A stretch of 62,997 bases of DNA, the filler included, from Choristocarpus tenellus KU-1152 (lineage: Eukaryota > Protista > Phaeophyceae), in the NCBI GenBank assembly GCA_964200185.2. It is 12 parts of 12 records of this genome, joined end to end, with 100 filler letters (N's around TTAATTAATTAA, not from the genome) between each part and the next. Parts side by side here need not be neighbours in the genome. Positions count along the whole stretch, not along the records: positions 47,190 to 49,738 come from CAXNAD020026865.1; positions 49,839 to 53,260 come from CAXNAD020020146.1; positions 53,361 to 57,682 come from CAXNAD020015121.1; positions 57,783 to 62,997 come from CAXNAD020011483.1; 8 more parts are not named here. One strand, written 5' to 3'. The position numbers were made by a program, and so were the translations under genes. This document shows positions 48,663-59,896 of this stretch, piece by piece. Positions within the stretch are counted from its first letter, which is position 1, and every line of letters begins with the position of its first letter. The notes beneath the pieces are model-generated. The model was not told where the DNA came from. It was given only the letters and a program-made list of their open reading frames with translations, and made no database searches.

Positions 48663-48751
48663 CACACAACACACGTGTGAACATACACATACAGGTGGTT
48701 GCTGTGGGTGAGCTGGTGTCCCTGCCTGCAGTTGTGCTAGTGTCTTTCATG
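48281..48751 (+). CDS. APC-superfamily cationic amino-acid permease (CAT-like), internal exons 48281-48478 and 48695-48751
   Basis: VCTLAGECLQPRRDLPRTIGITLALVSTTYV matches the AxExxxPxRDLPxxI motif of CAT/APC permeases; phase-0 GT-AG junctions. Confidence 0.85.
48606..48675 (+). repeat. (CA)n microsatellite; a 9/18-bp TTGTATCTA minisatellite follows at about 48815-48935
   Basis: Direct observation. Confidence 0.95.
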
Positions 48752-50358
48752 GTGAGCATTGCCCCCTCACTGCAGTCATGTTTCCTTTTGTGTTGTTTGA
48801 AGTGTACAGGTCCTGTTGTATCTATTTTATACATTGTATCTATTGTGCATATTCTATCTCTTGTATCCATTGTATACATTGTATCTATCGTATACATTAT
48901 ATCTATTGTATACGTTGTATCTATTGTATCCATGGTGTGCAAGTAAGAAAGAAACCAACCCTCAAGAGCAAAGAGAGCAAAGAGAGACCGCAAACCTCAA
49001 GAGTAGAGGTAGTGGGTGGTGTATCCTGCCCTGAAGGATAGGAAAGATTGTGCGCCAGATTGATGATTGAATGTAATATATATATATATATGCTGGTACT
49101 TTTTTCTGGATGGTGTCAACCCTCCCCCCCCCCCCCACCCCCCCATGTTCATGCGGCAGCAGGACCAACCAAGATGCTTACGATTGGTGTTCCCTCTTTG
49201 TTTTTTAGTACGAGATCGGAAAAAAAGAAAAGAAAACTTGAAAATTGAAAGAAGAAAAAAGTGTACCGGTGTGTTAAAGTAGTGGCAGTTACAAATAATA
49301 TTAATATTACTAAGAATAATAGTGTTGACACAGTACTGAGTGAATCGATCTTCACCTCCAAGCTGATACTGTAGTGGGCTGTATGAGTGTATCTATCTGT
49401 ACCTTGTATTGTCACAAGGAGGCGACAAAAGCGCTAACGACCCTTTTATGTCGACAGGAGTACACCCCATGACCCCATGACCTAGGTGTGCTTTTCAGTG
49501 AGTGTCGTTCATTTTCTGTGTAATAAACTGATTTCAAACAAAAGCCGGTGGCCATTTGTTTCAGTTTTCAAATGGCGGTCGATCAAGATAAAGTCAAGTC
49601 GGGGGAATGTATTTTCAAGAGTTTGGCCCCCCTTGTTGAGAGCAGGCGGGAGTGTTTGCCATCCATGGTTAGGGTAAGGGTAAGACTGGGGTATGTCTAT
49701 CGCCACCGCCAGTACACACGCCATCCATGATGGGGGGGNNNNNNNNNNNNNNNNNNNNNNNNNNNNNNNNNNNNNNNNNNNNTTAATTAATTAANNNNNN
49801 NNNNNNNNNNNNNNNNNNNNNNNNNNNNNNNNNNNNNNCATAAACATCATTTTAAAAAAGCGCTCGTAATCGTTTCCATCGTATCCATGAAGCTTATGAT
49901 TGATTTCCCAGCTCACCACGATTAATTAGTTGCTTCGGGGATTGATTCCCAGCTAACCCTAACCCTAATTACTACAAAATCGATATTATACCATATAGAT
50001 TCTGTGCCGCGTTTTTAGGGCATACCCATGGGTGAACAAAATCGAGGTAGGTACTGTATATGTGTAAAACTGTCATCACTCAAAACTCAAAAAGTCAACA
50101 GTTCAAACCGCAAACATATTATTGAATTATTGAACTATAATATAAAATTGTACTACAACACTATACAAAATATTTATAAATATACTCTTTTCAAGGTTTG
50201 TTTTGGTATGTCGTCGTCTTGCACTACTATACATACTGCTTACATCCTCCCACCCACAACTTATACTACTTTTGTTGTTGGATGTCGTGGTCTCGAACAA
50301 CCTTCCGTCATTGTGTCTAGAGATTACGTGTTACAGGACTTCCTGGGCAACGGAAAGA

Positions 50359-51608
50359 ATGAAGGCTACCAGGGCCTACACAAACACGATCCTTGCCTGC
50401 ACTCTTCTGACTATCAGGCTTTCACTTGGTTTTGTGATTGTGAGTTAGGTACCTTCCTTCCGAAACGTGTATGGCAGTAGCTCGCGTCCTTGGGAACATT
50501 CTTCACTCCCTCAGACTGTAACTACTCGATTGTAGTCTAGTTTCGAGTACTTTTATGTGCTAGAGAGTAATATGACTCAACTTGAACATCGATATTTATA
50601 CGGTTTCTGGCAATTGTGCTCAAGTATGGGAACAGAAGTGATTTCATCAACTTGATATTACGGTGTGTTGTACTTTACCTACCAGCCGTGCTTTCAATAG
50701 AAGGCGATCATTTCTAGGACAAAGTAGTACCTAGGAAGAGGTGAAGGACGGGATTGACGACACAATTATTGCAGATGGTTGCCTTCAGACTAATTCATTC
50801 CCACCCCCTTTCAATTTCAAAACGTTTCAGTCATCACTCAGGACCACACTAGTTCCCCATGCGCTCCCTTTTCAAGGACCTCGACTCCGTCTACCCTACT
50901 CTCTTGTACACATACCAGCACGGATTCCAGTTCCTGTTTCTACCTCCGACGCCACCGCATCCACCCCAGTCTCGCGATGTCATGATACCGATGTGGTGAT
51001 GCTTGGCAGTGGTGTGGGAGGACTGTCGTTGTCGGCATTTAAGACTCTTCATGGGAACAAAGTCACCATCCTCGAGTCTCACTTCCTCGCCAAAGGTGTT
51101 CCCAATGCTTTCGGAATCAGGGGATACAAGTTTGATGCTGAACTCTTCCCGTGGGCTGAGATGTCGTGGTATGGGGTAAATACTTTGCAACAGATTCTGG
51201 ACTTTCTCTTGGAGCAGGCGAGTTTGGATGGCGTAGACTCAACCCGCGTTACCTGTTCTGGACCTAGCTTTGGACCGAGGGTTTGGGGACCATCCAGTTA
51301 TTTGTCTACAAGCAGTTCTTCCAAATGAAACGACTCTATTGCTGCAACTGCAGCGTGTTTGAGCATGCCCAAGTCTCACTCCACAGGTTTCATCCACGTA
51401 CGAGTCCGGTTTCTCTCGCTGTTCTTCAAAAATGCGTTCCTTTTGTGGAAGTTTCTTTCCAATTTTGCGCTTCCGGATTATTTCCTCTCCGCTTCGACCC
51501 CCCACCCCTTGCCCATACTCTAAAGGGGTACTTCAGGTTTAGGACAGGTTTGGACGACTTTGTCGATACCATCCGACAGCTTGGAGGGCAAGATCATGTC
51601 AAGACATG
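50359..51608 (+). pseudogene. Plastid-targeted carotenoid isomerase/phytoene desaturase (CRTISO/CrtI)-like FAD oxidoreductase, degenerate; exons 50359-50439, 50831-51217, about 51515-51608
   Basis: Signal peptide ending SLG-F, Ser/Pro/Arg-rich transit peptide, Rossmann DVVMLGSGVGGLS, KVTILESHF, GYKFDA, GYFRF...GGQD..KTW; conserved GGxxH and GPS motifs altered; GC donor at 51218. Confidence 0.65.
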
Positions 51609-53375
51609 GTGAGTCGAAGAGGAAATGGACCTGGGTTGCAGCGCTGTGGTTAGTTCCTTCATTCTCCCCAGATGTGTTGCACTTGTCCCCCACTTCTATA
51701 CTGTCCGCCCTCTATCCTTGCATGTTAAGTTCAAGTGTAAGGCATCACTTACGGATTGGCTCGGATTAGGATGAGGCGGAACTACACGTAATTAATGGAT
51801 CTTTGCTGTGGAAGGACCCTCCCGTCCACATGAGTGGGATACTCATTGGTAACTGTAGTACTGATAATTTAATTTAGAGAGGGATTAAGGAGGGGCTTGG
51901 TGGGAAATGGGACTTTGGAAGTGGGGAGGTGGGGGGGGTGGAGCTGGGCAGTGGTGAAGTTCAAATCGACAGGTTGTGCTCCTTGGTTTGTCATTGGCTC
52001 TTTTCTGTGCCCGACCTTGTAGTTTTCTACAGCGATACTTATTCATATGAAGCCTCCAAGGGGTTCTTTAGGAAACACCTACACCAACGGCTCCAAAATG
52101 TGCCACATGTCAAGATGTTAAGAAAAATTGTGTTCCAAAGAAGTGCAATGCAGGTGACTGACCTCATTTTTTCAGAGAAGTTACAATAAAGTGATACGTG
52201 GCACTGTACAGCCCTTGTAGGTTGTAGTTTGAAGGGTATACCTTTGTGCATGGGAACGACAAGAATGCCAAAACCACCTTAAGCAGTACGTTACTACTGT
52301 TAGGGTGCATGAGTGCACACCCGTTATCATTACTAATACTTTTGTTGTTATTTCCACATTGTGAAGGGACAAGGTTTAGCTGTTGTTAGAAACGAAGCTG
52401 TTTGTTGATGATTGTAACTGCCATAAGAATAAATGGTACAACCCCTCACTAGAAACTAAGTGCGCATGTGCACAACATGAAGACACCTGACAGACAACTG
52501 TACAGTATGTGTCTTTTTTACACTTTTTTTTTTGCCCTTGGTTTATTTTTCCGACCTCTTTCACCCTCTACTACTAGGTTGCTATTTGCCCTGAATGAAC
52601 ACTACTGTACCTGCCCATTTGCCCAGGTACATTGATTATTAGGCGGGTTGCACTGGTTTTATGTCTAGATATCGACCTTAAAAGTAAAAAAAGTGCAAAA
52701 AGGTGCAAAAAGGTGCAAAAATGGTGTTCCGTTCTCAAAAATGGTGTTGCTTTGGTGATTTTTTATGGACTCCAATTCACTTTTACCGGATCTTGTTATT
52801 ATTATCATTATTTTTATTGTTGCTTGGAGTATTCCAAGCTGTTTTACTATCATTTTCAAGAATACCATCAGTCTTGTCACTCACCCTTTTCTCACCCTTT
52901 ATTCTCCACCGCTGGGTTACTGTGCAACTTCTGATGCTTTCCTGTAGCCCTATCCCTGTATCTACTCCTGATATTTTTCATTTAGTTATCCAGCCCCAAT
53001 ATTCCCCCCCCCTCTAAAAAGGTTAGGTATACGAAATGTGATTAAAATATAAAAATGTGCTAGTATACGTTCATTATTAATGCTACATAAGTAATGACAA
53101 CTAAATACATCATTGTTCTTGCTTGGCCCACATTCTGCATCCCATACACCCAGCACTGGCCCCTTGTTTTCAATCAAATCAACCAAATGTCACACACTCC
53201 TCCAGCTCAACCAATTCCTACCTCATTGATCTCCCCCATACATCAACTGTTTACCTCCTCNNNNNNNNNNNNNNNNNNNNNNNNNNNNNNNNNNNNNNNN
53301 NNNNTTAATTAATTAANNNNNNNNNNNNNNNNNNNNNNNNNNNNNNNNNNNNNNNNNNNNGGGGGGCGGGGGGGG

Positions 53376-53422
<47 letters not shown>

Positions 53423-53718
53423 GGGGTCGAGGCAAGGCTTAAAACATCTACAACACAAGAACCAAAATTAAAATATTATTGTTTCCAAGGTCTAAGGGTA
53501 GAGAGGAAAATGAACAAGAGGAGCGCTCATTTCATGGGTCGTTCAAACTACCCCAAACCACCCACTCCGACCCCCCACCCAACTACAAAAGGATATCAAT
53601 GTGTATCCCTTCTTCTCCCCTGTTTCATTTTATATTCTCATTCTTTTCCTCTTGTAACTGCCGTAACGTTTTTGAAACCGTCACCTCCTGCGGCGCATAT
53701 TGAGCAACAACGACAAAC

Positions 53719-56269
53719 CTGGAGGGCGTTGCAGTTCTCGCAGAAAAACTTGTTCTTCCTGGTGAGGGTCTCCGTGCTGCTGAAACTGCGCAGGCACGCT
53801 GTTACAGAGGAGTTCTGCTCGACATCAAGGGAAAGATCCATGAACGGCTCGTCTCGATTACTCACCTGACTCACAATGATCAGGGGTAGACCACGATCGT
53901 TTGCGGTGTGGGACACGAGGCCACAGTCATATATACATACACATGCCATGCATATATGTCCATATTTAACACGAATTAACAACAAATAGAATCAAGAGTC
54001 GAGAGAGACAAACCAATAGTATTTTACGATTTCAGAATGCTACAGTGGTGGTAGCCCAGGTTGCTGGTGAAAAAAAAACACAAACACACACACACACACA
54101 CACACAAACAAGACAAACCTGATATATAAAGAAAACATGTGAGAGGAGACGACATAGCATCACCAAGATGGCAATCGGCTCGGGTAGTACACAAAAAAGA
54201 AGAAAAAAACAGTTCTTAAAAAAAAAAATGTGCGCAATTCTTAAAAGTTCTTAAAAAGAACAGGGTGAAAAAAAAAACTGACATCAATTGTAGAAACATA
54301 TATTTATTTTCCCCTCTCCTGTTACAATGGGAAGGGAAAAAAATAAATGTTTCTGATGGGTACAGCAGGGTGAAGACTCGACAGTGCAGTGAATGGGATC
54401 AAAAAGGGTCAAAGCCTGTCGATTCATTGTGTGGGGAGGGATCTATACCGATTTAACAAAAGGAATGCCAGAAGCACAGGAAAAGTTTCACAAGGCCACA
54501 AGTTCCCCCTTGGGGTGGGCATACAGTGCGACCTCTTCAACTGGAGGTGGTGGGAACCCAACAGCTTCTGTTTTCGAAGTACAGGCCAAAGGTAGGTACC
54601 CTGACATGGGCCTCATACTCAAATTATTAATCCCACCCAAGGCACAACTTCTGGCGGGAGAGTATTTGCCTTTGACGGCATGGGTCATTGTTCTTGCGAT
54701 CAAAGGTTTCTCAGTAGCACTACGAGAGAAAAATAGAAAAACCCAGGGCCATGCCAACACAGCAGCAGTGAAGTCTTGTGAGAAGATCTGCAAACAGGAT
54801 ATACAGCGGATACAACAATACAGAGATCTGGGACAAATGGGAAACCTTCAAGAGTGGAGAAGTGGGAGGTGAAGGAGAGGTTTCACAGTATGGGCACTTA
54901 CTGTCTCACAGCAGAGGCACTTGGTCTGATTTGTCAAGACCCCTTGGAATATCCGATGTATCCAAGTCTCTGCCGGTCTGTTACCACTCTTTCCTGCCCC
55001 CCCCCCCCCCCCCCCCCCCCCTCCCCCCCCTCCCCCCCTCCCCCCCTCCTTTCTCCCCCCCCCCCCCCNNNNNNNNNNTTCCCCCCCCCCCCCCCCCCTC
55101 CACCTGGTCTGCCTCCTTTTCCACACTACAGCATTGCTTTTCCCCCATCCCCATCTTGCGGTCTCCCTTCGACGTCCGGTGGGACGATTGATTCTGGTTT
55201 TGATTATGTTGTTGCTGGAACTGCAACTCCTCCACCTTCCTGTCGGCCTCTCGTTGCTTTCGACCAAGGTTCTCCAGTGAATCCGCCATGTCATTCAAAA
55301 TGAAGTTAAAGAATTCGTGCGCATCCTGTTGTGGAAAGGATCCGATGTATACACAGGCGTACATCCAGACGAATGGGGCCAGTTATGGAGGTCATGTGGT
55401 GTGGTGCCATATGGCACGGACCTATCGTATTGGGGTGGTCAGAAGGTTGAAGGTTGCGGGTCTTGCTGATCTGGTAAGTTCGTCCGTACAGTATTGCCGT
55501 TAGCAAGGATCTGGAGGATGATGAGCAGGCATTAGTTGTGGGGTGATAGGTTTTTTGACAACAGTTCCTATCGATTACGCGCAGCTCCACGCTACACTTT
55601 TTTGTGTTGCTCTAAGCCCCTAAAAGAGCCGCTGCTAAAGCCAAATAATACTGAAAAAGGGAGGGGAAACTGAACCGACCACCCACATAACCACCAGACC
55701 TGTTGCATATTGCCCCGGAATAGTGCATTGCGTTCCCGCAGCGTGCGAAGAAAGTCGGTGGGCGCCAGGCAACCTGACCGCTTTTTCTGCCCTGAGATTT
55801 GGGCAAATAGACTTGCAAGTTGGGAAAGTACACTGTTTTCAGGGAGACGAGCCGGATTTCCCAAGACTTGATACATAGGAGATCCATTAGCAGACGTTCC
55901 GGTGGTACTTCTATTGCGAAACCCTATGAGATGAGACCGGAGTGGCTCACAGAAGTAGAGTGCCTGTTGTGTATAATTACAAGTAGGAAATACGAGGTCG
56001 GCAGGATCGTTGAGATCAGCGAAAGGCATTTCCGAAAGCACAATACTTCAAATCTGTACGCCCGACTCCAATATCCATGGGATCGCTACCTTTCTCCCCC
56101 TTTCCAGCTTTGAAAATCCGTTTGGCGACTAGAGCACCTGCAAGACCGAGTTGCAGTAACACGTATTCCCGAAGTTCTCCAAGCCAAAGAATCGTTCATC
56201 CCCCAGGTCAGCATCAGTACCACCAAAGTCTCGCTCCAGCTTGGTCTGCTGGGAGGTTCCCACCCCCAT
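53719..56269 (-). CDS. Ubiquitin carboxyl-terminal hydrolase, USP12/USP46 (plant UBP3/4) family; exons 56269-56138, 55963-55700, 55325-54902, 53865-53719; 3' end missing
   Basis: Cys box [84 protein letters not shown]...KFFCENC; phase-0 GT-AG introns. Confidence 0.96.
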
Positions 56270-56849
56270 CAGAGTCAAGACTGCGCCAAGCGATGAAGAA
56301 ATCCTCCCTCTAATGAGGAATAACTACTACTGTTTTGTCATAGACACCCACACAAGAACTACCACAAATGGTTCAGAGCGCTCTGGAGCTCTGATTTAGC
56401 GGTCTTTACCCAATTGGTCATCTTTGCTTTTTTAAAATAGTAATAGTGTGATAAATATAGACGCCTCCGTGGCGTATATAATGGTAAAATAGGATGTTAT
56501 TCTGTTTCCACGGAAGGTTTTGTGGGACAAATGGGATATTTTCTTTCTTCACATTCATATCCTCGCCTCTTTATCTTTGGAAGGCCGAGGGTTCTACCTT
56601 CTTTGTTACTTTTTACACGTCAGGTGAAGAAACACCTGATTCGTAGATGCATTTAATGTGTCGAATGTCGGACTTCTGTTGAATTTGGAGTAGTCGTCGT
56701 TTACAAATTCTGTAGAAGTTCGACCCTTTGTCAACAACAGGTGAGAGGATGAAGACCTCCCACCAAAGAACTTCTGCAATGCAATAACAAATGATATTCC
56801 TTCATTAAATAACATCGTTTAACCACAACTTCAACTTGATTTTCCAAAT

Positions 56850-57270
56850 ATCCAGCCCTCTAAACTCAACCAATTACACTACAATGCAAGCAGTACATGG
56901 AGTTATGCGTTCCTGAATCTACATAGAACTCGACACCCATCATATTAATCCAATATATATAATTAAAAAGACATGGATACTTCAACCTTCAACCTTCTAC
57001 CTCTACACTCCACTTTATGTACAAAATGGATGACGTATGCCAGAAAATACAAGAATGAGAGACTGATGGTGTACACAGAGGGGTACTATGTCACCGACTT
57101 GTAATTCAAAAAATACGGATAGTTCAACTTCAATCTTCAACTTCTACACCCTACTTCTGATGTACAAAGGGATCACGTGTGGCGGAAATGCAAGAATGAG
57201 AGACTGTTGGTCTACACAGACGCGGAGTATGCCACCGACCCGGACATCAGACTCTCTGTTTCAGGAGGAA
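56850..57270 (+). pseudogene. Ty1/copia RT-RNase H junction relic with a tandem duplication of about 143 bp
   Basis: LLVYTDAEYATDPDIRLSVSGG (about 57204-57269) matches copia RNase H Y.DAD.A.D..R.S.SG; 56965-57098 is repeated at 57108-57240. Confidence 0.7.
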
Positions 57271-58682
57271 TTGTCACACAGAATATTTCATTTGAAGGGA
57301 TGACTTGGCGTAGAAAGCAGGAGTGTTCTTTTGATTATATTCAGTTCATATAAGTACCAGAGTAGGATAGGATAGTATTGGGTACAATGGGATACTACTC
57401 TGGAGCAATGACAGGTCTTGTAGGACAATAGGGTGTTAATGGGATATTGATGTATGATAGGGATATTTCCGCGACAAAGGAGGTATTGTATTGTAGGGAA
57501 CAACTGAAGAACAGATATTGAAGAGAAGTTCGGAACAGGAAAAAGTTCTGGAAGGACATAGTTTTGGGGCGCCCCACTCTCCATTTCTATTTGGTCCGCG
57601 CAAGGATTGGGCTTGACAGGCTGCTGGTATTGATGTACCCAAAAGGGCCTGTTCTTCACGAGCAACGCAATGGTGCCCCCCCNNNNNNNNNNNNNNNNNN
57701 NNNNNNNNNNNNNNNNNNNNNNNNNNTTAATTAATTAANNNNNNNNNNNNNNNNNNNNNNNNNNNNNNNNNNNNNNNNNNNNCCTTTCATGGTCTTGCTC
57801 CAAATGGACACCCTGGTCTAGACCCCCCCCCCTCCTCCCAGATACTTTGGGTCTTGCATACGTCAGATGGATAATATAAGTGCACTCCTCCTGGTTATGA
57901 CCCAAATGGACACCATGGTGCAGAACCCCCCCCCCCAGATACTTTGGGTCGAATTTCTCTCGATAATTTTGGAACAGCAGCAGAGAGAAAATCGACACTC
58001 TCAAGTCAGCGTTAGCCCTTCATCCATTGGAATATGTGTGCATTGCAAATGACAAAAAGATGGCTTACACACAGCAAAAACAACAACTCGAACAAACCCC
58101 GAAGGTTCGTAAGGTGGACACCAACACACATGCGCACTGACACATCTCTCAGCAGGGAGGACTCCCAACGTCACGTCAGACACTTGCAGAACAAACTTTT
58201 TTATATATTATGCCTTCTAGCTTGGTCCGATGGCGTTGAGTTCAGGATGCATACATGTCTCCCATCATCCCTACCTTACAGATTCTACTCGTTGCTTGCA
58301 AGCTAACCCCGGATGCAACACTGAACTGTCACACTGTTGACTTCGTTTTTTTAGGATTGGTGATGCCTTCACCATCACTACTCATCAGCATACACTACCT
58401 AGAAGCAATTAAAGCACCACAAAGCACTAGAGCGTCTGCCTTGTTTGAGGCGCTGCGGTTATTATCTGCACCAAAGAGGCCAGGATCGAGCTGCTGCCCG
58501 AGCAAAAACATTTGCTCGAACACATTGTTACTGATAGTCTACTTCAGCTGGAGTAACTCTCGCTCTACTCCAGAAGGCTTTCTCTCTCCCCTTATCAAAG
58601 CATATGCTCTTTTTTTTCTTATACCCTTTTTTGACACTGAAACTTTACCCTGACGGATGGCTCCGGGCCGAGGTACCTTCAG

Positions 58683-58868
58683 GTGGCGAAGGGTATGCAG
58701 GAGGATGAGAAGGAAGCCATGGGCAGTGTAGGCCGGCAACTGGATGATGGTCGTGGTATGGAGAGTTGCAGCTGCATCTATGGCAACCCCTGCGTAGACG
58801 AGTATGGGTGCAAGGACTGGCATGCAAGGTTCGCAGTTGCGAAGGCAAACGGGTGGAAGGGTTTCTGA
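58683..58868 (+). CDS. Terminal exon of an unidentified protein with a C-terminal four-Cys motif
   Basis: TTCAG acceptor, open frame to TGA; ESCSCIYGNPCVDEYGCKDWHARFAVAKANGWKGF looks like constrained coding sequence. Confidence 0.6.
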   Translation: MAKGMQEDEKEAMGSVGRQLDDGRGMESCSCIYGNPCVDEYGCKDWHARFAVAKANGWKGF

Positions 58869-59113
58869 GTGGATGAGCAAGAGATGAGAATGCGTAGCAA
58901 CCTAGTTTTTGGACATCCTTTACAATATTTTTTTCTGAAGACACATGAGACTTCTTTTTAATAATAATTTATTGTTCGTACGCCAAGTGCTTCTTGTGAA
59001 TATATGTATACATCATATACACAATAACTTCCACGCATCGGTCCTCTCTCTCTCTGGTCACGCTATTATGAGCAAGGATAAAGCTGTGTCTGTAGGAACT
59101 ATGTCAAAGCATT

Positions 59114-59896
59114 TCATTTCAGTGACCCAAACAAGCACAGGACGCTGGACAAACAGCAGTGATATATAATCCATGCAAGATGGCGAGAGTAGTCGCGCTA
59201 TGGAGTATTAATAGAAGGGAATTGGAGAAAGAAAATTGTTGAACCCTTACCTTGACCAAGCAAACTTCACAGACACTGTGTGAGCTACTGCAACAACAAC
59301 ATTGTGATTTTTTCCAAGCAACAATCGCGCAGGAAGGACATGAGAGGATTCACAAGGTCGATATGGAGGCAATTTTATCTATCTACAAAGTTTGACTTTT
59401 TTGTACAAATACGTGTAGGATATTTTCTCAATTGTGTCGGAAATTTTTCAAATGATAGAGATACAATCGCTCTCAACTCTAAACTAAAAACTTCATCCAT
59501 AGAAATATGGGCGAATCGCAGGAGATGGAATATCAGACTTCATATTCAAAACATCCCAAACCTGGGTACCTCTCATTTACTTCGACTCTGTGGGAAGGAG
59601 AGGGAACATGAACTTCGTGGGAATTACTATCCACGTAAAGCACTGAAAAGATAGGCTGTAATTACACAATAAGATGGTCAAAACCTGCCCTACCTCTGAA
59701 GTACTGTTTACTCTCATTGAGCAGAAAGAACGCTGAATGACCCCCTTCGACCAAGGCCAGCAACACCTACTTGTCTAATTGCTCAAAAATACTACATGGC
59801 ATACCTCAGTCAAAATTTTGGCTAAGGCTCGGTGGTCAAGTGACCCCCCAGTCAAATGGAACAACCAAAAATGCAACAAGATGGGAATGACTCTTG
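59114..59896 (-). CDS. Possible 3' exons of an unidentified gene (SAM-methyltransferase-like C-terminus); exons 59896-59805, 59766-59694, 59287-59251, 59144-59114
   Basis: Four GT-AG-bounded, phase-compatible segments give GGSLDHRALAKILTEVLLALVEGGHSAFFLL...SVLCLFGSLK*; weak resemblance to the L.EV.RxLxPGG motif of class I methyltransferases. Confidence 0.3.

Noticed and set aside
45796-49041. ORFs with poly-Ile/Leu, HT/CV or YT repeats
   Set aside because: Translations of intronic microsatellites and minisatellites.
10963-57782. Regularly recurring TTAATTAATTAA flanked by Ns, resembling a repeat system
   Set aside because: Artificial six-frame-stop contig linker; gene neighbourhoods across it are not real.
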